Origin: Candidatus Dormiibacterota bacterium
Lineage (GTDB): Bacteria > Chloroflexota > Dormibacteria > Aeolococcales > Aeolococcaceae
Direction: 5' to 3'
NCBI GenBank assembly: GCA_963751755.1
Contig: CAVVVH010000007.1
Location: 43,556-107,555, forward strand
Length of the DNA: 64,000 nucleotides
Part shown: positions 8,920 to 18,248 of the stretch, one piece after another
How the letters are laid out: every line of letters begins with the position of its first letter
Position numbering within the stretch: position 1 is the first letter of the stretch
Translations under genes and position numbers: made by a program
The notes under the pieces: model-generated
Databases searched by the model: none
What the model was told of the DNA's origin: nothing
What the model saw: only the letters and a program-made list of their open reading frames with translations

Positions 8920-9858
8920 TCAGAGGTCGATGGAGACGCCCGCACCGGCCGCACGGGCGGCGTCGTAGACCAGGCGCGCAACCACGACGTCCTCGAACGC
9001 GACCCCCGTCGACTTGTAGACGGTGACCTCCTCCGGTGACCCTCGGCCCGGCCTGGTCCCGGCGAGCACCTCGCCGAGCTCGGTGACCGTCGCCGGGTCC
9101 CGGCCCTGCAGCTCCTGCGCGCCGGCCGGGGGCGCATTCTCTGCCGCGCCTCTCCATTCGACGAAGACGTGTCCCAGGCGCATCGTGTCGGCGTCGACCT
9201 CCGGTCCGAACGTCCCGCCCACCGAGGTCACGTGCGCGCCGGGGCTGAGCCAGTCGAACCGGATCACCGGTTCGCGGGCGTCGGTGCAGCAGCAGACGAC
9301 GTCCGCGTCTCGGACGGCCTCCTCGAAGGTCTCGACGACGACACAGCGCGGATCGAGCGCAGCGAGCTGAGTCGCGCGCTCGCGATTCCTCGATGCGATG
9401 CGGATCGCCCTGATGTCCCGCACCAGCGGGGCTGTGGCGAGGTGGGATCGCCCCTGGACGCCGGCCCCGAGAATGGTGAGCGTCGCCGCGTCAGCTCGCG
9501 CCAGCAGCCGCATCGACACGGCCGCGCCGCCGCCGGTGCGCATGGCGGTGATGTGCGTGCCGTCCATCACGCACAACGGCGTTCCGTCCTGCTCGTCGAA
9601 CAGCACGATCACGGCCTGGTGTGACGCCCGGTCGCGTTCGGCGTTGCCGGGGAAGACGCTGACGGCCTTGATGGCGAGTCCGTGATCCGGCACCCAGCCC
9701 GGCATCGCGCCGAGCAGGCCGGGCCCGGTCCGCGCCGCCGTCCTCGGCGGAACCGAGGTCGCCCCTGTCGAGTACGCACGGAATCCCGCCTCGAGCGCAT
9801 CGAGCATCGCGGCTGGGGAGAGGAGCGCCTGCACGTCGCTCGCGGTGAGGAACAGCAC
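8920..9858 (-). CDS. Ornithine cyclodeaminase/mu-crystallin family protein
   Basis: ITAMRTGGGAAVSMRLLA..., the Rossmann motif LTILGAGVQGRSH and VYKSTGVAFEDVVVA are OCD-family signatures. Confidence 0.85.
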   Translation of the reverse strand: MLFLTASDVQALLSPAAMLDALEAGFRAYSTGATSVPPRTAARTGPGLLGAMPGWVPDHGLAIKAVSVFPGNAERDRASHQAVIVLFDEQDGTPLCVMDGTHITAMRTGGGAAVSMRLLARADAATLTILGAGVQGRSHLATAPLVRDIRAIRIASRNRERATQLAALDPRCVVVETFEEAVRDADVVCCCTDAREPVIRFDWLSPGAHVTSVGGTFGPEVDADTMRLGHVFVEWRGAAENAPPAGAQELQGRDPATVTELGEVLAGTRPGRGSPEEVTVYKSTGVAFEDVVVARLVYDAARAAGAGVSIDL

Positions 9859-9890
9859 TGCCGGCCTATCTTGGCAGGGCCCGCCGGGGC

Positions 9891-10568
9891 TTACGACGCG
9901 TGGTTGAGGATCTGCAGCGAGTTGGCGAAGTTGGTGAACAGCTCAGGCGGGTTGTTGAGCGACGTGACCACCACGATGTACAGCGATCGCCCGGCGAGCA
10001 CTGTGCGGGTCTCGACGTAGCCACCCGAGGCTGAGATGACCGCGTCGACGGAGTGGAACCCCTGGTACGTGCCAAAAGTCTTCGACACCAGCGTGCCCTT
10101 GCTGTTGGTGACCTGGCCGTTCACCGATCCGTTGAGCGCGCCGTTCGGTGTCGCCGAGACGTCGAAGTTGGCCGGGAAGTCGGCGTAACCCACGATCTCG
10201 GCGGTGTTGGCGTCGATCGCGTCGCTCCACAACACCTCTTTGAGCGACTGGCTGCCGATGGCCTTGGTCTGGTCATCCTCCACCGGCGTGTGCTGGTACT
10301 GCGCACGGAAGTGGCTGGTGGGGTCGGTGAAGGCCGACGCGCTCGCGGTGGTCGCCGGGGGCGTCACCTTCTTGCCCACCACGAACAACCCGACCACCAC
10401 GAGCACCGCGGCGATGCCCACCGCGCCGATCACCCAGCCCCAGCGTCGCGACGTGCGCTGCGGCTGGGCCCAGGCGGGCTGGGGCCACCCCGAGGGCGGG
10501 CCGGCGGGCGGGGGCGCCGAGGGAGGCGGGGGAGGGGCATCGATCACGGGCGGGATCGTATGCGGCAC
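9891..10568 (-). CDS. Hypothetical membrane-anchored protein (Pro-rich N-terminus, single TM, extracytoplasmic domain)
   Basis: MPHTIPPVIDAPPPPPSAPPPAGPP... is followed by the TM segment WGWVIGAVGIAAVLVVVGLFVV and a ~150-aa domain with no recognisable family. Confidence 0.6.
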   Translation of the reverse strand: MPHTIPPVIDAPPPPPSAPPPAGPPSGWPQPAWAQPQRTSRRWGWVIGAVGIAAVLVVVGLFVVGKKVTPPATTASASAFTDPTSHFRAQYQHTPVEDDQTKAIGSQSLKEVLWSDAIDANTAEIVGYADFPANFDVSATPNGALNGSVNGQVTNSKGTLVSKTFGTYQGFHSVDAVISASGGYVETRTVLAGRSLYIVVVTSLNNPPELFTNFANSLQILNHAS

Positions 10569-10636
10569 CTCCGGCGCGAACCGGCGCCGTCAAGAGAATT
10601 GCCACGAGCCGTTCCGCGGCTGTCACGGCGGGCGCC

Positions 10637-10709
10637 GATGGTGCCATCGGTCTTGATGGTGCCATCGTGGCTTGACACGGCACCATGAGTGGTGCCATAG
10701 TGGTGTCAT
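10637..10709 (+). promoter_or_regulatory. Operator array plus putative leaderless promoter
   Basis: Two perfect copies of the palindrome GATGGTGCCATC lie at 10637-10648 and 10655-10666. Related copies are GGCACCAT (10679-10686, inverted), TGGTGCCAT (10690-10698) and TGGTGTCAT (10701-10709). TTGACA is at 10672-10677 and a CATAGT -10-like hexamer is at 10696-10701. The ATG of the next gene is at 10708, so a transcript would be leaderless. Confidence 0.5.
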
Positions 10710-11232
10710 GAACCTCGCCCAGTACTCCGAGAACATCCAGCGCCAGCTCGTCGTCGCCGCCGATGCCGCCGGAGACGACGCCCGCGCGCTCGCCGAGCGG
10801 CTTATCGCTCCGCTGGACTCCGCCATCCGGCTGTCGATCCAGGAGGCTCTCGCCGCGGCCGCCGAGGAGATCACCCTCGAGCTGGCGCCAGGCTCGGTGG
10901 AGCTGCGCGTGCGAGGCCGTGATCTCGAGTTCGCAGTCGTCCGCCCTCCCAGCGACGCCGGCGACGATCTCGGCGCTGACGACCTGACGGCGGGCGTCGG
11001 CAGTCAGCTGGTTGCCCCCACCGCTCCGCTGGACGGCGATGACGGTGGCATCCAGCGCATCAACCTGCGCCTGCCCGACCACCTCAAGACGCGGGTCGAG
11101 CAGGCCGCCGGCCGGGAGGCGCTCTCGGTCAACTCCTGGCTGGTGCGGGCCGCCTCAGCGGCGCTGGAACGCACCGACAACGCCCCGCAGCACCCGCGCC
11201 GTTCCCAGCGCTACACGGGCTGGGCGCGCTAG
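10708..11232 (+). CDS. HicB-like/ribbon-helix-helix C-terminal domain protein, first gene of a DUF4097 operon
   Basis: MNLAQYSENIQRQLVVAAD... precedes a C-terminal IQRINLRLPDHLKTRVEQAAGREALSVNSWLVRAA, an Arc/HicB-type RHH. Genes of this type commonly precede DUF4097 genes in actinobacteria. Confidence 0.65.
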   Translation: MNLAQYSENIQRQLVVAADAAGDDARALAERLIAPLDSAIRLSIQEALAAAAEEITLELAPGSVELRVRGRDLEFAVVRPPSDAGDDLGADDLTAGVGSQLVAPTAPLDGDDGGIQRINLRLPDHLKTRVEQAAGREALSVNSWLVRAASAALERTDNAPQHPRRSQRYTGWAR

Positions 11233-11259
11233 CGCACCCGCTCACACAGGAGAGAAACG

Positions 11260-12135
11260 ATGCCCACATTCGACACCCCCGAACCCATCACCATCTCCCT
11301 CGAGATCGGCGTCGGTGACATCCGCGTCGCCGCGAGCGATCGCAACGACGCCGTCGTCACCGTCCTCCCCAGCGACCCCGGCAACAGCTCCGACGTGGCT
11401 GCCGCCGAGCAGACGCGCGTCGAGTACGCCAACGGCGTGCTGCTCATCAAGTCACCAGGCGGACGCCGTCAGTGGTCCCCCCGCCGCGGTCGGGACTCGA
11501 TCGACGTCCGGGTCGATGTTCCCGCCGGGTCACATCTTCGCGGCTCTACGGCCGTGGCCACGTTGCGCTGCACGGGCAGGCTCGGCGACTGTCACTACAA
11601 GACGAGCGTCGGTGAGATCCGCCTCGACGAGACCGCCGCCGTCATGCTCCGCTCCGGGATGGGTGACATCGCCGCCAACCGCGTGGGCGGCGACGCGGAC
11701 GTGAGAACCAGCTCCGGCGCGGTCCGGCTGGGCGCAGTCGACGGCACCGCCGTGGTGAAGAACTCGAGCGGCGACACCTGGATCGGCGAGGTGGGTGGCG
11801 ACGTGCGCGTCAGCGGCGCCAACGGCAGCATCGCCATAGACCGCGCCGGCGCGACGGTGGCGGCACAGACGGCCAACGGCGACGTGCGTCTCGGCGAGGT
11901 CGCCGGCGGCGCCGTCGTCGTTCAGACCGCGCGCGGCAAGCTCGACGTCGGCATTCGCGACGGGGTCGCCGCGTGGCTGGACCTCAACACCGCCTTCGGT
12001 GCCGTCCGCAACGAGCTGGACGACGCGCCGCGGCCCGCTCCTGGCGATGCAACGGTCGAGGTGCGCGGACGCACCGCCTTCGGCGACATCACCATCCGCC
12101 GCGCCGCCGCGTACGCAATCGCAGGCCGCACATGA
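11260..12135 (+). CDS. DUF4097 (LiaG/LiaF-C-like) beta-strand repeat protein
   Basis: The motif G-D-I/V-R-V/L repeats: VGDIRVAA, VGEIRLDE, MGDIAANR, SGAVRLGA, GGDVRVSG, NGDVRLGE, FGDITIRR. Confidence 0.8.
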   Translation: MPTFDTPEPITISLEIGVGDIRVAASDRNDAVVTVLPSDPGNSSDVAAAEQTRVEYANGVLLIKSPGGRRQWSPRRGRDSIDVRVDVPAGSHLRGSTAVATLRCTGRLGDCHYKTSVGEIRLDETAAVMLRSGMGDIAANRVGGDADVRTSSGAVRLGAVDGTAVVKNSSGDTWIGEVGGDVRVSGANGSIAIDRAGATVAAQTANGDVRLGEVAGGAVVVQTARGKLDVGIRDGVAAWLDLNTAFGAVRNELDDAPRPAPGDATVEVRGRTAFGDITIRRAAAYAIAGRT

Positions 12136-13092
12136 CCGCCGCCGCACCGGTTCGAGCGCTCGAGGTCATCGGCCTGCGCAAGTCCTTCGGCGACAAGGTC
12201 GTGCTCGACGGCATCGACCTCGACGTCGCCGAGGGGACGACGTTCTCGCTGCTCGGACCCAACGGCGCCGGCAAGACCACCACCGTGCAGATCCTCTCGA
12301 CCCTTCTCCGGGCCGACGCCGGCGAGGTGCGCGTCGCGGGGTTCGACGTGGCGCGCGAACCCGAGGCGGTCCGCGCAGCGATCGGCCTCACCGGGCAGTT
12401 CTCCGCAGTCGACAACCTGCTCACCGGTGAGGAGAACCTTCTGTTGATGGCAGACCTTCACCATCTCGATCGCCGCGCACGGCGGAGTTCGAACCTCTGA
12501 GCTGCTCGAGCGCTTCGAACTCGTGGACGCCGCGGGGCAGATGGTCGCCACCTACTCGGGTGGGATGCGTCGCCGCTTGGACCTGGCGATGACGCTGATC
12601 GGCAATCCGCGTCTGGTCTTTCTCGACGAGCCGACAACCGGGCTGGACCCCCGCAGCCGTCGCACCATGTGGCAGATCATCCGCGAGCTCGTCGCCACCG
12701 GCGTCACCATCTTCCTCACCACCCAGAACCTCGAGGAGGCCGACAAGCTCGCTGATCGCATCGCTGTCCTCGACCACGGCCGGCTGGTCGCGCAGGGCAC
12801 ACCGGACGAGCTCAAGAGCAGGATTCCCGGCGGTCACACCCGCCTGTACTTCCGCGATACGGACGCGGTGCGGGCGGCGACCCAGGTTCTCGCTGACGCG
12901 TCTGCGGACAGCGACCCACTCATCCTCCAGGTTCCAACGGACGGCTCACCGCGGTCGCTGGGCGCGATCATCGGCACGCTCGAACAGCACTCCGTCTCGG
13001 TGGAGCGCGTGACGCTCCACACACCTGACCTGGACGACGTGTTCATCGCCCTCACGGGCAACCCGAGCGACGCAGCGGCGGCCGCGTCATGA
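12132..13092 (+). pseudogene. ABC transporter ATP-binding protein (DrrA-like), one frame break
   Basis: Walker A GPNGAGKTT and the Q-loop are in the frame of 12132 and stop at 12500. The signature YSGGMRRRL, Walker B LVFLDEPTTGLD and the H-loop are in ORF 12523..13092. The break lies within 12480-12500, at GGAGTTCGAACCT. There is an ATGA overlap with the DUF4097 gene. Confidence 0.85.
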
Positions 13093-13880
13093 GCGCCCTC
13101 GTCTATGCGACGCGCGACTCGGTGACCATGCTGCGCCGCGATCTTCGGCACGCGCTGCGCTACCCGGCCATGACCCTGAGCGGCGTGTTCGTGCCCGTTC
13201 TCTTCCTTCTGCTGTTCGCCGGCGTGTTCGGCAACGCCCTGCGCGCGGGCCTCGGGCAGGGCACGCCGCTGGGCGGCCGGTACATCGATTACATCGTCCC
13301 CGGGATCCTGCTGATGACCGCCAGCAGCGGCGCCGAGGCCACCGCCGTGAAGGTGTCCTCCGACATGAGCACAGGCATCATCGCGCGCTTCCGGAGCATG
13401 GCCATCAGCCGCGTGTCCGTGCTCACCGGCCAGGTGATGGGCAGCCTCATCCGCACCGGTCTCAGCGGGCTGCTGGTCGCGGGCGTGGCGGTCGCGCTCG
13501 GCTTCCGCCCGACGGCCGGCCCTGTGGGCTGGGCCGCCGCCGCCGGCGTGTTCATCCTGCTCACCGTCAGCCTGACCTGGCTCGGGGTCGCCTTCGGACT
13601 CATCGCCAAGACCCCGGAGGGCGCCAACAGCATGGCGCTGCTGCTCGTCGTGCTCCCCTTCGTCAGCAGCGCGTTCGTACCGACCAGCTCGATGCCCGCC
13701 GGGGTGCGGTGGTTCGCCGAGAACCAGCCCTTCACACCGATCATCGAAACCCTGCGCGCGTTGCTCGCCGGCACACCCGTTGGATCCAGTGGCCTCGTTG
13801 CTCTCGCGTGGTGCGCCGCCCTCAGCGCGGTCGGCTACCTGGCCGCTCGCGCTCGCTACAACCGCAACCCCGTCCGCTGA
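13089..13880 (+). CDS. ABC-2 type transporter permease (DrrB-like)
   Basis: Six hydrophobic segments are present, with ATGA coupling to the ATPase gene. RDLRHALRYPAMTLSGVFVPVLFLLLF is a typical ABC-2 N-terminus. Confidence 0.85.
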   Translation: MSALVYATRDSVTMLRRDLRHALRYPAMTLSGVFVPVLFLLLFAGVFGNALRAGLGQGTPLGGRYIDYIVPGILLMTASSGAEATAVKVSSDMSTGIIARFRSMAISRVSVLTGQVMGSLIRTGLSGLLVAGVAVALGFRPTAGPVGWAAAAGVFILLTVSLTWLGVAFGLIAKTPEGANSMALLLVVLPFVSSAFVPTSSMPAGVRWFAENQPFTPIIETLRALLAGTPVGSSGLVALAWCAALSAVGYLAARARYNRNPVR

Positions 13881-13915
13881 GGCGGGCGCAAGTCGGGCCC
13901 GGTTAGGCTGGGCCG

Positions 13916-14755
13916 GTGAGCCTCCTGTCGCCCCTTGCCGCCCTCGGGTCGGGGGCGATGCTGGGCATCGCGGACTTCGGTGGCGGGCTGGCCGGACGGC
14001 GCACTCCTGCGCCCAGCGTCATCGCCGGCATGGAGCTCGCCGGCCTGGTCTTCGCCCTGCCGTTCGCGCTGTTGCTCCTGCCGCTGCAGTGGGACGTGCG
14101 TGACATGGCACTGGCGTTCTCCGGCGGGGTGGTCGGAGGCCTGGGGCTCATCGCCTTCTACCGCGCGATGACGATCTCCCTCATCGCCGTCGTCGCGCCG
14201 GTCACCGGCGTCATCGCGGCGGCGTTGCCAGTCACCCTCGGCATCATCGGTGGTGATCGCCTGCACCTCGGTCAGGTTGTCGGCATCGTCGTCGGCCTCG
14301 CCGCGATCGCGCTCATCAACGGCGCGGGTCGCAGCCCGGCGACGGGCGCCCGCGCCGCGCTGTGGCTCGCCATCCTGGCGGGACTCTGTTTCGGGTTCTT
14401 CTTCATCGTCTTCCACGCCGGGAGCCCGGCGGGCACGGCGGCGTTCCTCAGCGGTCGCATCGGCTCCGCGCTGGCGGTGCTGCCCGCGGCCGTCATCATC
14501 GGCGCGTCGCCCATCCCGCGCAGAGGCACCTGGCGGCTGATTGCCGTCGTGGGCATGTTCGACGGGTCCGGCACCGTGCTCTATCTGTACGCGTCGCAGG
14601 GAGGTCTGCTCGCACTCACCGCCGTGCTCGCGTCCTTCTATCCCGCCTTCACCGTGCTGTGCGCGCGGCTCATCGCCCACGAACGCCAGACCCACACCCA
14701 GACGGCAGGGGCCGTTCTCGCCGTCGCCGCGGTGGCGCTCATCGCCGGCACGTGA
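13916..14755 (+). CDS. EamA/DMT family transporter
   Basis: About 10 TM segments rich in Gly/Ala are arranged as a duplicated EamA-like architecture. The start is GTG. Confidence 0.75.
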   Translation: MSLLSPLAALGSGAMLGIADFGGGLAGRRTPAPSVIAGMELAGLVFALPFALLLLPLQWDVRDMALAFSGGVVGGLGLIAFYRAMTISLIAVVAPVTGVIAAALPVTLGIIGGDRLHLGQVVGIVVGLAAIALINGAGRSPATGARAALWLAILAGLCFGFFFIVFHAGSPAGTAAFLSGRIGSALAVLPAAVIIGASPIPRRGTWRLIAVVGMFDGSGTVLYLYASQGGLLALTAVLASFYPAFTVLCARLIAHERQTHTQTAGAVLAVAAVALIAGT

Positions 14756-14767
14756 GCTGGTGGCGGC

Positions 14768-16216
14768 TCAGGCTGCCACCACCTCGCGGCTCGCTGCATG
14801 CGCGTCAGCCTCGATCGCGTGGGCGGGCACGCGCGTCCGCAGCAGCGTCGCGCCGATGAGTGCTGCAGCGGCGGCGAAGGCGCCGCCCACGAGAAACGCC
14901 ACGTGGTACCCGCTGAGCAGTGCGGCGACCTGCGTCACACCGTGCGCGCTGCTGGTTCGCGCCGCGGCCACGCTCGCCAGCACGGCCAGACCGAGCGCGC
15001 CGCCCATCATGAAGGACGTGTTCACCATCCCCGATGCCAATCCGGACTGCTCCGGTGACACGTCGCTCATGGCGGCGAGCAGCACCGGGTTGAACGCCAT
15101 GCCGGCGCCGAACCCGAGCAGGATCATCGAGGGCAGCACGTTGACAGCGAAGCTGCCATCGGCAGGCGCCAGGCTGAACAGCGCCAGCCCGGCGGCCGCG
15201 AAGGCCAGTCCAACCGCCAGCGGGCCGCGGATGCCGAAGCGCATCACCAGCTTGGCCGACACGCCGATGGACATCGCCCCCATCACCAGGTTGGCGGGCA
15301 GGAACGCGAGGCCCACCTGCAGCGCGCTGTAGCCGAGCACCAGCTGCAGGTACAGCGCCGCCATGAAGAACCAGGCGAACATCGCTGCAGCCCAGAGCAC
15401 CCCGATGACGTTGGCGGTGGCCACGTTGCGCAGCCGGAAGAGGGCGAGTGACACGAGCGGCGCGGCAACGCGCGACTCGAGGAGCAGGAACAGGGAGAAG
15501 AGTGCAACGGCGATGGCCAGACCATCGAGCGTGCGCAGCGACGTCCAGCCGGCCTCGTTGCCGTTGACCACCGCGAAGACGGCCACCATGAGCGCGGCGG
15601 TGACGGTGATCGCGCCCGCGACGTCCAGCCGCACACGCGCCGCCTGCGCGTGCCGCGCCGGCAGCAGGTTCAGCGACAGCAGCACCACCGCCGCTCCGAC
15701 GGGGATGTTGACCAGGAAGATCCAGTGCCAGCTGACCGTGGTGAGGATGCCGCCGAGCAGCACACCGACCGAGCCGCCCCCGGAGGCGACGAACCCGAAC
15801 ACGCCCATCGCCTTGGCGCGATCCGCCGGCTCGGTGAACAGGCTCATCATCAGCGACAGGCTCACCGCAGAGACGACGGCGCCGCCGATTCCCTGCACCG
15901 CGCGTGCCGTCACCAGCATCGCCTGCGACCCGGCGAGCCCGCAGCACAGCGACGCGACGGTGAAGAGCGCGATGCCTGCGATGAAGAGGCGGCGGTGGCC
16001 GAAGAGGTCGCCAAGACGGCCGCCCAGGAGCAGGAAGCCGCCGAAGGTGAGCAGGTACGCGTTGACAACCCACGCCAGCGAGGTCGCCGAGAAACCGAGA
16101 TCCGCCCGGATCGACGGCAGTGCGACGTTCACGATCGTCGAGTCGAGAACGATCATCAGCGTGCCGAGGCACAGCACCATCAGCGCGAGCCAGCGGGTGC
16201 GGGCGGTGAGGTTCAC
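14768..16216 (-). CDS. MFS transporter, DHA2 (EmrB/QacA, 14-TM) family
   Basis: LGTLMIVLDSTIVNVALPSI and LGGRLGDLFGHRRLF (MFS motif A) are present. The GTG start at 16216 follows AAGGAG with a 6-nt spacer. Confidence 0.85.
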   Translation of the reverse strand: MNLTARTRWLALMVLCLGTLMIVLDSTIVNVALPSIRADLGFSATSLAWVVNAYLLTFGGFLLLGGRLGDLFGHRRLFIAGIALFTVASLCCGLAGSQAMLVTARAVQGIGGAVVSAVSLSLMMSLFTEPADRAKAMGVFGFVASGGGSVGVLLGGILTTVSWHWIFLVNIPVGAAVVLLSLNLLPARHAQAARVRLDVAGAITVTAALMVAVFAVVNGNEAGWTSLRTLDGLAIAVALFSLFLLLESRVAAPLVSLALFRLRNVATANVIGVLWAAAMFAWFFMAALYLQLVLGYSALQVGLAFLPANLVMGAMSIGVSAKLVMRFGIRGPLAVGLAFAAAGLALFSLAPADGSFAVNVLPSMILLGFGAGMAFNPVLLAAMSDVSPEQSGLASGMVNTSFMMGGALGLAVLASVAAARTSSAHGVTQVAALLSGYHVAFLVGGAFAAAAALIGATLLRTRVPAHAIEADAHAASREVVAA

Positions 16217-16362
16217 GGCGTGCTCCTTGTCACTGTTGGGTTCGCACACGTAGACGGCAGGCAGCGGCGCGAATCATCGGTTCAGCACCACCTCGTCTCC
16301 CCGCCCGGCATGGTGCGAGCCCCGTCCGATGACTTTGGCCGCCGCGCGCGGTCTGTTCTGAG

Positions 16363-16635
16363 ATGAGGCAACCACGCCCTCGCGCAGTCCTGTGCGACGT
16401 GTCTGGGCTGCCGGCCACGCTGGCGGCGGTCGACCAGCTGGCGCGAATGCAGCTCGCGGCTCGTCGTTCCGGGTGCCAGGTCCAGCTGCGCAACACCGCC
16501 CGCGAGCTGGAGGGCCTGATCGCTCTCGCCGGTCTCGCCGACGTCCTACCCGTCGAGGTGGAGCGGCAGGCCGAAGACGGGGAACAGCGCGGCGGTGTCG
16601 AGGAAGAACGTCAGCTGGGTGATCCGCCCGTCTGA
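16363..16635 (+). CDS. STAS-domain (anti-sigma-antagonist-like) protein, apparently N-terminally truncated
   Basis: VLCDVSGLPATLAAVDQLARMQLAARRSGCQVQLRNTARELEGLIALAGLADVLP is the C-terminal two thirds of a STAS fold. An in-frame stop at 16330 limits the N-terminus. The 3' 90 nt overlap the convergent sigma-factor gene. Confidence 0.4.
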   Translation: MRQPRPRAVLCDVSGLPATLAAVDQLARMQLAARRSGCQVQLRNTARELEGLIALAGLADVLPVEVERQAEDGEQRGGVEEERQLGDPPV

Positions 16636-17551
16636 CAGCTCGAGCACCTGGAGAGCCCAGGGGTCGAAGCCGCTGCCCGTCGCGCTCGGCTTGTACTGGC
16701 CGAACGCGGGCGACCCGTTCGCCGACACCGTGGGGATGACCCGCGAGCCGCGGCAGCCGATGCCCGGCCCCCACCACCAGCTGAAGATGTCGTCGCGTCC
16801 CTGCAGCCACATGTCGAATGGCGGCATCGACTGGCTGGCGTCCTCGTGGATCAGCGCGGTCAGCGCGTCCATGTCGTAGCGCTCGAAGGCGCGCACGTAG
16901 CGGTCGAGGAGCGCGCGGTCGTCGGGGCTGAGCGGTGGCGTGGGGTCGGACGCGCTCACCCTGCCCGCGGCGAGGGTGGCGCGGGCACGCTGCAGCGCGC
17001 TGTTGACGGACGCCACGCTGGTGTCGAGGAGCTCGGCCACCTCGGACGCCTGCCAGCGCAGCACCTCACACAGGATCAGCGCGGCGCGCTGCCGCGGCGG
17101 CAGGTGCTGGAGGGCGGCGATGAGCGCCAGCCGGATCGACTCGCGCGCCACCGTCACGTCGGCGGGGTCACCCTCGAGCACCAGTTCGCCGGTCGGCACC
17201 GGTTGCACCCAGTAGGCCTCTGGCCGCGTGTGCAGGTTCGAACTCCAGCGGCGCCTGCGCAGGGCCGAGGTCCATCGGCACCGCCCGGCGCTCGCGCCCC
17301 TTGAGCATGTCGAGACAGACGTTGGTTGCGATCCTGTACAGCCAGGTGCGCAGCGCCGCCCGCCCCTCGAAGCGGTCGGACGCCCGCCAGGCGCGGACCA
17401 TGGTCTCCTGGACCGCGTCCTCCGCCTCGAACGGCGACGCGAGCATGCGGTAGCAGTACGCGGTCAGCTCGGAGCGGTGGGCTTCGAGCTCGTCGCTGCC
17501 CGCGCCGGGCCCGGGGCTGATCGTCACTGGCCTCGTCTGCACGATGGTCAT
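16546..17551 (-). pseudogene. Sigma-70 family sigma factor with NTF2/SnoaL-like C-terminal domain (TIGR02960-like), one frame break
   Basis: Region 2 ([28 protein letters not shown]...[14 protein letters not shown]) is in ORF 17168..17551. Region 4 (LQHLPPRQRAALILCEVLRWQASEVAELLDTSVASVNSALQRAR) and the SnoaL-like tail are in ORF 16546..17208. The break lies between [10 protein letters not shown] and EAYWVQPVP, at 17205-17250. Confidence 0.8.
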
Positions 17552-17590
17552 GGTACGAAGCCCCGGGCCGTGGTGGTCTGCACGCGCGAC

Positions 17591-18151
17591 CTACCGCAGC
17601 GGCTGGTACGTGACGATGACGACGCCGTCCGCCCCGACCGGCCGGGTGTCGACCAGGCGCAGCTCGGTGCGCGGGCTGCCCTCGGCGAAGAGGCGCTTGC
17701 CCGCGCCGAGGACGATCGGGAAGACCATCAGCCGGTACTCGTCGACGAGGTCGTGCTCGGCGAGCGTGCGCACCAGGTTGGCGCTGCCGGCGACGAGGAC
17801 GTCGCCCTGCGTCCGCTCCTTCAGCTTGGTGACCTCGCCTGCGACGTCGCCGCTGATCACCGTCGAGTTCTCCCAGCTCGCGTCGTCGGGGGTGAGCGTC
17901 GTCGAGACCACGTACTTCGGCATGCTGTTCATCCTCTTGCCGAACTTGTCGTCGTTCATCGATGGCCAGGCCGCGGCGAAGCCCTGATAGGTGATGCGGC
18001 CGAGAAGCTGCGCATCCGCGGCGTTGAGCTCATCGACCTTGAACTTGTCGCCGTCCTCGCCGCGGTTGAACCGGAACGCCCATCCGCCCTCGCCCGGCGA
18101 ATCGATGACCCCGTCGACGGTGATGAACTCGCTGACGATGAGCTTGCCCAT
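17591..18151 (-). CDS. Dihydrofolate-reductase-like (RibD C-terminal domain) family protein
   Basis: MGKLIVSEFITVDGV...LLGRITYQGFAAAWP...VLVAGSANLVRTL...DEYRLMVFPIVLGAGKRLF are present. Confidence 0.8.
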   Translation of the reverse strand: MGKLIVSEFITVDGVIDSPGEGGWAFRFNRGEDGDKFKVDELNAADAQLLGRITYQGFAAAWPSMNDDKFGKRMNSMPKYVVSTTLTPDDASWENSTVISGDVAGEVTKLKERTQGDVLVAGSANLVRTLAEHDLVDEYRLMVFPIVLGAGKRLFAEGSPRTELRLVDTRPVGADGVVIVTYQPLR

Positions 18152-18248
18152 GGTGTGTGTCCTCCGGCTGTGTGCGGTGCGCGTCGAGTCCTATGACCTG
18201 CGGCGAGGCGAAGAGTCATCGGCGCGGAGATCTGCCACTGTGCGCCGC

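Noticed and set aside
17230-17250. GGTTCGAAC, resembling a tRNA T-arm/T-loop.
   Set aside because: The flanking bases cannot form the T stem or an acceptor stem. The site lies inside a sigma-factor coding region.
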